DNA of 32,000 bases from Demequinaceae bacterium (GTDB lineage: Bacteria > Actinomycetota > Actinomycetes > Actinomycetales > Demequinaceae), in assembly GCA_965250005.1 (NCBI GenBank), contig OZ252279.1, positions 1,770,001 through 1,802,000 of the forward strand, read 5' to 3'. Made by a program: the position numbers and the translations under genes. Under the pieces are notes generated by a model. That model saw only the letters and a list, made by a program, of their open reading frames with translations. It ran no database searches and had not been told where the DNA came from. How positions within the stretch are numbered: the first letter of the stretch is position 1; every line of letters begins with the position of its first letter. Positions 16,309-24,382 of this stretch are shown piece after piece.

Positions 16309-17772
16309 TTGGAAGATCTCTATTTCTCAGATCAGTTCGGTCTGGACCCGGCAGTGCTCGACTCGTATGGAGCATTCGACATCAGCCTTGTTTCGGATCT
16401 CCCTCTGTTCATTGACCCATTCTTGCTATTTCACAGCCCCAAGCCTGAGTACCACGAGTTGCACGCAGGCATCATCACGTATCTCAGATTCCTGCGTGAT
16501 AAGGCAGGCGATGACCTTGCTCCCGGTTTGATCGACCAGTGGTATCGGTTCGGGGAGGTCGAGCAGAACTGGCTTGGCTTCACGTTCCTAGGAAACAAGG
16601 GGCACGGCTTGGGTCGCGGTTTCGCGACGGCTCTCAATGAATCTCTCCATCGGGTGCTGACGAATTTCGGCTCTGAAGAGATCACCAAGGGCAGTCACCT
16701 TGAGAAGCTGGCGCTGATCAAGCCCGGCGTCGGGCGTGACAGCATTAGTGACTTCGCGACGAACCTGATCAAGGGATACCTGCTTGATTACACCCAAGAG
16801 TTCGCGAGCAGACATCTCGATGATGACAAGTGCGAAGAGTTTGCCGTCGAGCGAGCAGTGTTTAACTACACGACTCAAGCCTGGGAAACGCGTACCTATC
16901 GCTTGCCTTCAGCAAGAGACGACTATGTTTTGTTGACTCCGGTGGACATGTTGACGCGCGATGACACGTGGATTAGTCACAGTGACATGATCGGCAATTT
17001 CCACAAGATTCCTCCCGCGGTTTCTGACGAACAGTTGCGGGCAAAGGTGAACAACTACTTCGCATCGCGGCTCGGGGACAAACCGACCAAGAAGGATTCC
17101 GAACGAGCTGCCCAGCGGACAATTCTCGAGTTTCCCGAGTTGATCGACATTTACATTCGCAGCCGTGAGGATGACGGCGATCGGGCTGTCGGATTCAGCA
17201 GCGCTCGTCGCGATGAGACCAAACACGTGCTCGTCGGGATGGTCAAGAAGTTGGTCAGCGATCTGTCGAGCCGTACCGATCTCCTATCAGGTGCACTGAC
17301 GAGCTACGACGAAGCATTTCGACTTGTTCATGGCTTTAAGCAATACATCGAGAACCAAGATGGGTATCGTCTGATCAACCGAGATGGAAACGAGAAGCCA
17401 TTTTCAAACGAGTCAGATGTCCAATTGTTCTTCGGACTCACGTTCTTGGCAACAAGATTTGACTTGAATCGCGAGCCGAACAACGGTCGCGGTCCGGTCG
17501 ACTTCAAGGTCAGTGAAGGAGCATTCGACAAGTCACTGATTGAGTTCAAATTGGCAAGCAACACGCAACTTAAGCGCAATCTCCAGAAGCAGGTTCAAAT
17601 CTACGAGGCAGCGAACCAGACTCGTTCGTCGGTCAAGGTGATCATCTTCTACACCCAGCAGGAACAGGAAAAGGTCCAACGGATTCTCTCTGATCTGAAA
17701 CTTACAGGCGAAGAGTCCATCGTCGTCATTGACGCTCGCGCAGACAACAAGCCAAGCGCATCAAAGGCGTGA
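16309..17772 (+). CDS. Predicted PD-(D/E)XK nuclease-fold protein, defence-like
   Basis: C-terminal RGPVDFKVSEGAFDKSLIEFKLASNTQLKRNLQKQVQIYEAA gives D...ExK pattern; AGGAGG RBS. Confidence 0.65.
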   Translation: MEDLYFSDQFGLDPAVLDSYGAFDISLVSDLPLFIDPFLLFHSPKPEYHELHAGIITYLRFLRDKAGDDLAPGLIDQWYRFGEVEQNWLGFTFLGNKGHGLGRGFATALNESLHRVLTNFGSEEITKGSHLEKLALIKPGVGRDSISDFATNLIKGYLLDYTQEFASRHLDDDKCEEFAVERAVFNYTTQAWETRTYRLPSARDDYVLLTPVDMLTRDDTWISHSDMIGNFHKIPPAVSDEQLRAKVNNYFASRLGDKPTKKDSERAAQRTILEFPELIDIYIRSREDDGDRAVGFSSARRDETKHVLVGMVKKLVSDLSSRTDLLSGALTSYDEAFRLVHGFKQYIENQDGYRLINRDGNEKPFSNESDVQLFFGLTFLATRFDLNREPNNGRGPVDFKVSEGAFDKSLIEFKLASNTQLKRNLQKQVQIYEAANQTRSSVKVIIFYTQQEQEKVQRILSDLKLTGEESIVVIDARADNKPSASKA

Positions 17773-17821
17773 TCTGCGGACTGAGCTTCCACGGATCGAC
17801 ACTCTCGCTCGTCTCAACAGG

Positions 17822-18077
17822 CCACTTGCCGTCGTCCGGTGGCAGTTGAACTCCTCGGCCAGTTCGTAGGTAGTGGCTCCCTCGCGGTAGCGCTCCACCA
17901 AGCGCTCCACCAAGCGCTCCACCTGACTCGGCTTCAACCGAGTTTGGTGTTGACCGATTTGACCCGTTCCTTCACTGTCAGGCGCGGATTTGGGGCCTGA
18001 GGCAATTTCAACAACCTGATCGGCGAGCGTTCGTAGGTCGGATCCAGTGTTCGCAAGCGAACGCCTCAGGACCACCA
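17822..18077 (-). repeat. Direct repeat copy B
   Basis: Same strand and order as copy A; shared 30-mer at 18048..18077. Confidence 0.85.
17889..17924. repeat. 12-nt tandem repeat x3 (agcgctccacca)
   Basis: agcgctccacca agcgctccacca agcgctccacct; encodes repeated VERL on the minus strand; absent from copy A. Confidence 0.9.
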
Positions 18078-18111
18078 TGACGGGTTCTTTAGAACCCTGA
18101 CCAAGTCGATG

Positions 18112-18149
18112 AACCCGGTTCTCCCCATCAGGGGGCAACCGGGTTTTTT
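18112..18149 (+). terminator. Rho-independent-like terminator
   Basis: AACCCGGTT...CCCC-atca-GGGG...AACCGGGTT followed by T-run. Confidence 0.75.
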
Positions 18150-18195
18150 GATTTGGCCTGGGTTTTGTTCCGACTTTTCAGTAAGGATGGAACCC

Positions 18196-18507
18196 ATGAC
18201 TAGATACACACCGCAGATGCGTGAGCGGGCGTTGAGAATGCTTGCTGAGGCGAGGCCGGATCACCCGAGTTTGATGACTGCGATCCGTCACGTGGCAGGC
18301 TTGCTTGGGATGAGCCCGGAGACGCTTCGCGTGTGGCAACGCCGCTACGAGGTCGATGCCGGGCAACGCCCGGGGGCGACTAGCGACATAGTTGAGGACA
18401 ACCGGCGTTTGAAGCGCGAGAACGCGGAGTTGCGCAAAGCGAATGAGGTCCTTCGGGCTGCGAGCGTGTTTTTTGCGAAGGAGCTCGACCAGCCACGGAC
18501 GAGATGA
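18196..18507 (+). CDS. IS3-family transposase OrfA
   Basis: MTRYTPQMRERALRMLAEARPDHPSLMTAIRHVAGLLGMSPETLRVWQRR...ENRRLKRENAELRKANEVLRAASVFFAKELD-type sequence. Confidence 0.93.
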   Translation: MTRYTPQMRERALRMLAEARPDHPSLMTAIRHVAGLLGMSPETLRVWQRRYEVDAGQRPGATSDIVEDNRRLKRENAELRKANEVLRAASVFFAKELDQPRTR

Positions 18508-19430
18508 CCCGCTTCATTGACGAGCACAAGGGTCGTTTCGGGGTTGAGCTCATCTGCCGGGTGTTACGCGTGGCGGTTCGTGGATTTGTCACCTCGCGCG
18601 GTTATCGCGCCGCTAAGACGCGTCCACCGTCCGTGCGTGCCCTGCGTGATGGTCTGCTTGTGCCCGAGGTGGTCCGGTTGCATGCAGAGAACTACGGCGT
18701 GTACGGGAGGCGGAAAATGCATGCGCTGCTGAAGCGGCAAGGCTGGCAGGTTGGGCGGGACCAGACCGAGCGACTCATGCGCCTGGCAGGTGTTCGGGGT
18801 GTGAAACGCTCGAAGAAAGTGTTTACGACCAAGAGTGATCCTGCTGCCGCCAAGCCGCAGGATCTTGTGCAACGCCGGTTCACTGCACCAGCACCGCGCC
18901 GTTTGTGGGTCGCGGACATCACCTACGTCGCGACCTGGTCCGGTTTCGCTTACGTCGCGTTCGTCACCGACGTCTACTCACGCAGGATCGTCGGATGGAA
19001 CGTCGCATCGACCCTGCAGGCTGACATCCTGCCTTTGCGGACGCTCGACATGGCCGCCTGGGACGCGGCAGGCGACCTCGCTGGCCTCGTCCATCATGCC
19101 GACCACGGCTCAAACTATTTGGCTACGGTCTACACCGACCGCGTCATCGAGCTCGGTGCGAAACCTTCCACCGGCTTGGTCGGCGACTCATATGACAATG
19201 CCCTCGCCGAGGCCATCAACGGCCTCTACAAAACAGAACTCATCCGCCAGCAAGGGCCCTGGCGCACCGTCGAACAAGTCGAGTTCGCGACCCTCGAATA
19301 CGTGTGGTGGTGGAACAACAAACGACTCCACGGCGAACTCGACATGCACACCCCCGTCGAGATCGAACAGGCGTACTACGCTGGCCAAGAATCAACCCAA
19401 CCGGCATCCGCCGGACAGGGAAACACCTAG
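18504..19430 (+). CDS. IS3-family transposase OrfB (rve integrase core)
   Basis: RRLWVADITYVATWSGFAYVAFVTDVYSRRIVGW...HHADHGSNYLATVYTDR...NALAEAINGLYKTELI; ATGA overlap with OrfA. Confidence 0.95.
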   Translation: MTRFIDEHKGRFGVELICRVLRVAVRGFVTSRGYRAAKTRPPSVRALRDGLLVPEVVRLHAENYGVYGRRKMHALLKRQGWQVGRDQTERLMRLAGVRGVKRSKKVFTTKSDPAAAKPQDLVQRRFTAPAPRRLWVADITYVATWSGFAYVAFVTDVYSRRIVGWNVASTLQADILPLRTLDMAAWDAAGDLAGLVHHADHGSNYLATVYTDRVIELGAKPSTGLVGDSYDNALAEAINGLYKTELIRQQGPWRTVEQVEFATLEYVWWWNNKRLHGELDMHTPVEIEQAYYAGQESTQPASAGQGNT

Positions 19431-19452
19431 GAACTAAACCCAGGCCAAATCA

Positions 19453-20166
19453 GATTGCTCGAGCAAGTTCGACGCGGCTGTCCCAGGTGTTTCGGTCAAG
19501 GAGTTCGCGTCGCATCGAGGACCAGAATGATTCGATGAGTGCGTTGTCCACAGACGACGCGACCCTTCCCATCGATCCGAGGAACCCAGCTTGGCGTAGT
19601 CGGTGCCCGAAAATCCAACTCGTGTATTGCGCTCCTCGATCAGCATGAACAATGGTCCCGGGCTTGGGGCGGCGTTGCCAGCGAGCCATTTCCAGGGTGT
19701 CGGTGACGAGCTCTGCGGTGGGTCGGTCAGCAATAGACCAGCCCACGACACGGCGGGAGAAAGCATCAACAACGGCGCAGCAGTAAACCCACCCGTCCCG
19801 CGCGCGATGCTGCGTGATGTCGGTAAACCACACCCGATCAGGCTGATCGGCTCGGAACTGGCGTTTGACAAGGTCGTCATGGGTGGCTGCTGCTGGGGCC
19901 CATCCACGCCGTTTACGCCCGTGTGACACGCCTCGTAGGCCCGCTTCACGCAACAGTCGGGCCACCCGTTTACGGCTGCAGGCCACACCGTGCTCGATTG
20001 AGAGATCGTCGTGGATGCGCTTCGCACCATACGTGCCCCGCGAGTCACGATGGATCCGGCAAATCACCTCCGTGAGTGCCCGATCCTCGACCGCACGCCG
20101 TGACGGGGCCCTGCCTAACCACTCGTAGTAGCCGGCACGAGAAACGCCAAGTTTTTGGCACGCCAC
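19453..20166 (-). pseudogene. IS3-family transposase OrfB, C-terminally truncated
   Basis: MACQKLGVSRAGYYEWLGRAP...DRVWFTDITQHRARDGWVYCCAVVDAFSRRVVGWSI...HADRGAQYTS...SSVDNALIESFWSSMRRELLDRNTWDSRVELARAI. Confidence 0.85.
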
Positions 20167-20213
20167 CGCGACGGGTATCCCGTCGCGGCTGAGCTCGTGG
20201 ACGAGCCGGAAAC

Positions 20214-20498
20214 CTATTTTGGGAGCACGTTCTCCCGCGCAAAATATGCAGAAGCACGCTTCAAGATTTCGTTCTCCATCTGAAGCACCCGATTCTTGCG
20301 GCGCAACTGCACCAACTCGCGTCGCTCCTCAGTCGTGAGACCTTCAACACGGCCCGCGTTAATGTCGTCTTGCTTCATCCACCGCCGCAAACACGACTCA
20401 CTGATCCCAAGCCCGCTCGCAACCTGCGCGACCGGCTCTCCCTGACGCACCAAATCCAATGCTCGACGCCTAAACTCCGGCGGTTTCGCTTGTGGCAT
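20214..20498 (-). CDS. IS3-family transposase OrfA
   Basis: MPQAKPPEFRRRALDLVRQGEPVAQVASGLGISESCLRRWMKQDDINAGR...LRRKNRVLQMENEILKRASAYFARENVLPK. Confidence 0.9.
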   Translation of the reverse strand: MPQAKPPEFRRRALDLVRQGEPVAQVASGLGISESCLRRWMKQDDINAGRVEGLTTEERRELVQLRRKNRVLQMENEILKRASAYFARENVLPK

Positions 20499-20546
20499 TC
20501 CGAACTCCTCTCGGGAACATCATCCCAAGTCATGTGTCCGGAAAAG

Positions 20547-20832
20547 CGGGGTCGGCTCCGGTATCGCGCTCAAGGGCAAGAACAATCCGTACACCTCCCA
20601 CAACAGCCACATGTTCAGCTTTCTCGGCAAGGACGACGCGGTGGTGGTTCGCTTGGCCAAGGATGACAAGCAGCAATACGACCACGAACACGGCACCGGA
20701 GACGTGCTCGCGTACGGGGCCGTGATGCGCGGGTATGTGCACGTGACAGACGAAATTCTCCGTGACGGAGCGCGCTGCGCGGACCTGATCCGCGAGGGGC
20801 TCGCGTTCGCAGGCTCCCTGAAGCCCAAGTAG
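20547..20832 (+). pseudogene. TfoX/YjbR-like protein fragment, N-terminus missing at the IS junction
   Basis: Open frame without natural start: KSGVGSGIALKGKNNPYTSHNSHMFSFLGKDDAVVVRLAKDD...YGAVMRGYVHVTDEIL...SLKPK*. Confidence 0.65.
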
Positions 20833-20924
20833 CCGGGACTCCAGCCGCGCCCCACCGGCGCAAATCACCAGTGGAGGCCACCCAACCGGGCGGCCTCCAC
20901 TGGTGAACTGTGATTGAGTGCTGC

Positions 20925-21767
20925 CTATTCGACGGGCTCTAGCTCGGTGATGTCGCGGCCTTCCTTCTCGGCCTCGATCTCCGCCTTCTGGTTGCGCACC
21001 TGCTCGACGATTTCGTCGATGTTTTCCGGAATTTCGTAGCCGCAGACCGCGAGTTCGGACTCCACCTCGAGCGTGAGGCGGTCCTTGCCCTCATCGTGCG
21101 CCTTGCCCACGGTTCCCTGGTAGATGGTGTCGTCCGCGGACTCGCGGTTGACATCGTCCACGTCGGAGCAGACGTGGTACACCGCCCCACCGTCGACCCA
21201 AGTCACGAGGTTCTCGCCGGTGAGCTCTTCAATGAGCGACGCCTGCTTCTCGACAGATGGCGAGTCGTACGTGATTCCGGAGCCGAAGAACACGACTGCC
21301 GCCACCACGCTGGCGACGATTGTCGCGATGGTTTTGTCCTTCTGGTCGATGTCCTTGTTCATCAGGATGAAGATGATGAGCGGGATGAAGGCTATGAGCG
21401 TAATGATCGCGCCCAGCTGGTTCTGGATCCAGAACTTGGCGGGCTCGTCGCGGCGGGCCGGGTCGAGCTCGTTGGCCTTCTTCCAAAGGATGTTGCCGAC
21501 GAACGCGAGGACGCCAATGACGCCGATCGCGATGTACAGCATTGTCATGTCTGGCTCGTTCTTCTTCAGGATGAAGAAGATTGCGTAGGCCTCACCTGCG
21601 ATAGCGAGGATCCACAGTATCCACGCGATGACGCGGAACTTGGTTGCCTTGCCCTTGGCCTCGGCGCTGGGCTTCCAGTTTGCCTTGGCGGTCTTACCTT
21701 TGGTGCTCTTGCTGCCGTCCGACTTGGACGCCGACCGCACGACCTTCTTCTTGCCCTTTTCTGCCAC
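20925..21767 (-). CDS. Multi-TM membrane protein with basic N-terminus and acidic C-terminus
   Basis: 280 aa with about four hydrophobic segments, Lys-rich start, Glu-rich end. Confidence 0.8.
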   Translation of the reverse strand: MAEKGKKKVVRSASKSDGSKSTKGKTAKANWKPSAEAKGKATKFRVIAWILWILAIAGEAYAIFFILKKNEPDMTMLYIAIGVIGVLAFVGNILWKKANELDPARRDEPAKFWIQNQLGAIITLIAFIPLIIFILMNKDIDQKDKTIATIVASVVAAVVFFGSGITYDSPSVEKQASLIEELTGENLVTWVDGGAVYHVCSDVDDVNRESADDTIYQGTVGKAHDEGKDRLTLEVESELAVCGYEIPENIDEIVEQVRNQKAEIEAEKEGRDITELEPVE

Positions 21768-21831
21768 GATTATTCCTCCAATTAGATGTACGAAAAGAGC
21801 CTAGCGCACGGTTCAAGGGAGCGGGAGGCGG

Positions 21832-23445
21832 TTAGATCCAGCCGAACTTCTCGTCGCCGAATAGCGACGTGATCTCAAGGTCCCCGATGTGCCACGGGAG
21901 CGGAGCAATCCACATGTGCGTGCTCCAGTAATCCCTGGGGATCCATTGCCCAGTCCAGAGCGGATAGAAGAAGGCCGCGAAGATGAGCGCGAGCGCGATG
22001 AAGCCGCCCACCATGAGTCCTCCTCGGCGCGACCATCCGCCCTTGAGGCGAGGAGGTTGCGCAATTCGCTGCGACGCCCAGGCGAGCGTAAGCATGACGA
22101 ACGGAGCGATTGCAACGGTGTAGAAGGTGAACGTCACGCGGTTGGGGTACAGGAACCAAGGGAGCCAGCCCGCGAGTACACCAAAGGCGACGCTGCCCGC
22201 GAGCACGTCGCGCCGCACGTACGCCCGGAAGAGGGCGTAGAGGAGCGCTGCACTCCCCGCCCACCACAGCAGCGGGTTGCCGAGGGCGCTAATCGCGGAA
22301 GTGCAAGAACTCGCGCCGCATTGAGCCTGACCGTCTTCGGTCACGCCGCTGTAATAGAACGCGGTGGGGCGTCCTTGAATCGTCCATGACCACGGCCGTG
22401 ATTCGTACGTGTGAGTGGAGTTCAGGGTTCTATGAAACTTGTAGGTCGCCTGCTGATAGTGAACCCACGACCGGAGGTCCTCGGGCAGCCACTGCTCGCC
22501 CTCGTCCGGGTGCGTCTGGGCCCATTGGCGATCGTGCGACCCCTCGGATGCGAACCACGGGACCCACGTGAGCGTGTAGGCGAGCGGCAGGACCGTGACT
22601 GTTGCGAGGAGCGCCGGGAGGGCCGCGCGCACTAATCCCGAGCCGAACCAGTTCTGGATTCTCGCATCGCGACGATCAATGATGTCCCAGGCGACTGAGA
22701 GCAGCATGAAGAATGCCGCGAAGTAGAGGGAAGACCACTTGACTCCGGCGCCTAGACCGAGCGCCACGAGAGCAGCCATCCGGAACCAGCGGATCCCAAT
22801 GCGCGGGCCAAACCCCGCGAGCAGGGTGTCATCAGGCAGTTTGAGTCGAGCGCGCGCGGCGGCCACGGCCGCCATGAGTTTCTTACGAGAGCGGCGCCGA
22901 TCCCACACGAGCAGGGCGAAGGCTGAGACTAAGAAAAATGTGAGGAAGATGTCGAGGAGCGCGGCCCGCGACAGGACGACGTGCTGCCCGTCAATTGCGA
23001 GGAAGAGGCCGGCGACGCCGCCCCACAGCGTTGATTTGAGGAGGATGCGGGCCGTGAGCGCGAGGATGAGCACGGTGATGGTGCCGATGAGCGCGGAAGA
23101 GAACCTCCAGCCGAACGGTATCCCGCCAAAGATCTGAATACCGCCGGCGATCATCCACTTGCCTAGCGGTGGGTGCACCGCGCGGTCGCTCGCGGTTTGC
23201 AAGCCCGAGAGGTCTCCCTGTGCGTACGCCTGTTTCTCTCCCGTCCAGTTTCCCTCGTAGCCCAGTTCGAGCAGCGAGGCGGCGCCGCGTGCGTAGTAGA
23301 GCTCATCGAATACGAGGCTCTCGGGTTCGCCAAGGCCTACAAAGCGAAGGGCGGCTGCGAGCCCACCAACGCCGATGAGCATGATGGGCAGGCGCCAACG
23401 CCAGAGCCATGTAATGAAACTGTGGATGCGGGCGTCGGTGAGCAC
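21832..23445 (-). CDS. pmt: Protein O-mannosyltransferase (PMT family)
   Basis: GLGEPESLVFDELYYARGAASLLELGYEGNW...VHPPLGKWMIAGGIQIFGGIPFGWRFSSALIG; DELYYA and HPPLGK motifs, many TM segments. Confidence 0.9.
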   Translation of the reverse strand: MLTDARIHSFITWLWRWRLPIMLIGVGGLAAALRFVGLGEPESLVFDELYYARGAASLLELGYEGNWTGEKQAYAQGDLSGLQTASDRAVHPPLGKWMIAGGIQIFGGIPFGWRFSSALIGTITVLILALTARILLKSTLWGGVAGLFLAIDGQHVVLSRAALLDIFLTFFLVSAFALLVWDRRRSRKKLMAAVAAARARLKLPDDTLLAGFGPRIGIRWFRMAALVALGLGAGVKWSSLYFAAFFMLLSVAWDIIDRRDARIQNWFGSGLVRAALPALLATVTVLPLAYTLTWVPWFASEGSHDRQWAQTHPDEGEQWLPEDLRSWVHYQQATYKFHRTLNSTHTYESRPWSWTIQGRPTAFYYSGVTEDGQAQCGASSCTSAISALGNPLLWWAGSAALLYALFRAYVRRDVLAGSVAFGVLAGWLPWFLYPNRVTFTFYTVAIAPFVMLTLAWASQRIAQPPRLKGGWSRRGGLMVGGFIALALIFAAFFYPLWTGQWIPRDYWSTHMWIAPLPWHIGDLEITSLFGDEKFGWI

Positions 23446-23515
23446 GGGGCCAGCCTATAGGGGCGACGCGCGGTGAGGCCGGGCCAACCCGGACGCGTTG
23501 TGCAACCCTTGAGCC

Positions 23516-24355
23516 ATGACCGGCCACATTGTTCTCGCGGCGACTCCCATCGGCAACGTTGGTGACGCATCGGCTCGACTACGCGAGGCTCTCGCGGGCG
23601 CCGACGTGGTCGCTGCGGAAGACACCCGCCGCGTGCGGGACTTGGCGAAGAGGCTCGATGTGACGATCGCGGGCCGGGTGCTCGCCGTCCACGACCACAA
23701 TGAGCGCGACGTGGCTCCCACGCTCGTGGCGCGTGCCGCCGCGGGCCAGACGGTGGTGCTGGTTTCGGATGCGGGGATGCCGACGGTTTCGGACCCGGGG
23801 TTCGCCGTGGTGCAGGCCGCAGCCGCAGCCGGAGTGGCCGTGACCGTGCTGCCGGGGCCGAGCGCCGTGCTCGCCGCCCTCGCCCTGTCCGGTCTACCCA
23901 CGGATCGGTTCTGCTTCGAGGGGTTCCTTCCCCGCAAGGCGGGGGAGAGGGCGTCCGTCCTGAAAGCGCTGGCGATGGAGCAGCGCACCATGGTGTTCTT
24001 CGAGGCGCCGCACCGGCTCGCCGACTCACTCGCGGCGGCAGCCGATGCGCTGGGCGCCGACCGCGCGGCCACCGTGTCGCGCGAAATCACCAAGACCTAC
24101 GAGGAGACGCGCCGTGGCTCGCTGGCCGAGCTCGCCGCATGGGCTGCGTCAGAGGCCCCCAAGGGTGAGATGGTCATCGTGATCGGCGGAAGGCCCGCAG
24201 GGGAAGCGAGCCTCGAGGCGCTGGTGGCCGAGGTGATCGCACGTGCCCAGGCCGGGGAGCGACTCAAGGAAGCGGTGGCCGAGGTCGCCGAGGCAGGCGG
24301 CATGGCCAAGCGGGATCTGTACGCTGCGGCTCTCGCGGCCCGCGCGTTGGAGTAG
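23516..24355 (+). CDS. rsmI: 16S rRNA (cytidine(1402)-2'-O)-methyltransferase
   Basis: HIVLAATPIGNVGDASARLREALAGADVVAAEDTRRVRDLAKRL...GLPTDRFCFEGFLPRKAGER. Confidence 0.95.
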   Translation: MTGHIVLAATPIGNVGDASARLREALAGADVVAAEDTRRVRDLAKRLDVTIAGRVLAVHDHNERDVAPTLVARAAAGQTVVLVSDAGMPTVSDPGFAVVQAAAAAGVAVTVLPGPSAVLAALALSGLPTDRFCFEGFLPRKAGERASVLKALAMEQRTMVFFEAPHRLADSLAAAADALGADRAATVSREITKTYEETRRGSLAELAAWAASEAPKGEMVIVIGGRPAGEASLEALVAEVIARAQAGERLKEAVAEVAEAGGMAKRDLYAAALAARALE

Positions 24356-24382
24356 CCGCGAGCGTTCCGGCGCGTCAGTAGG

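Larger units (their letters stand above)
17761..18138 (-). pseudogene. Shortened paralog of the 15054..15599 HTH gene
   Basis: VVLRRSLANTGSDLRTLADQVVEIASGPKSAPDSE...YREGATTYELAEEFNCHRTTASGLLRRARVSIRG; lacks second HTH half. Confidence 0.6.
18149..19452 (+). mobile_element. IS3-family insertion sequence
   Basis: Terminal inverted repeats tgatttggcctgggttttgttcc (18149..18171) and ggaactaaacccaggccaaatca (19430..19452), 22/23 matching; contains OrfA and OrfB. Confidence 0.9.
19453..20541 (-). mobile_element. Second IS3-family element, 3'-truncated at the junction with the first IS (outer boundary approximate)
   Basis: Minus-strand OrfA/OrfB; OrfB reading stops homology at ...RNTWDSRVELARAI directly at the first IS end. 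Confidence 0.8.

Noticed and set aside
17889-17924. Possible CRISPR-like or satellite array
   Set aside because: Only three contiguous 12-nt units within a coding sequence and no spacers; no CRISPR array or cas gene was seen in the window.
22411-23137. Plus-strand ORFs within the mannosyltransferase gene
   Set aside because: Shadow ORFs of a confidently assigned PMT-family gene.
23337-24029. 230-aa minus-strand ORF
   Set aside because: Pro/Arg-rich shadow of rsmI.
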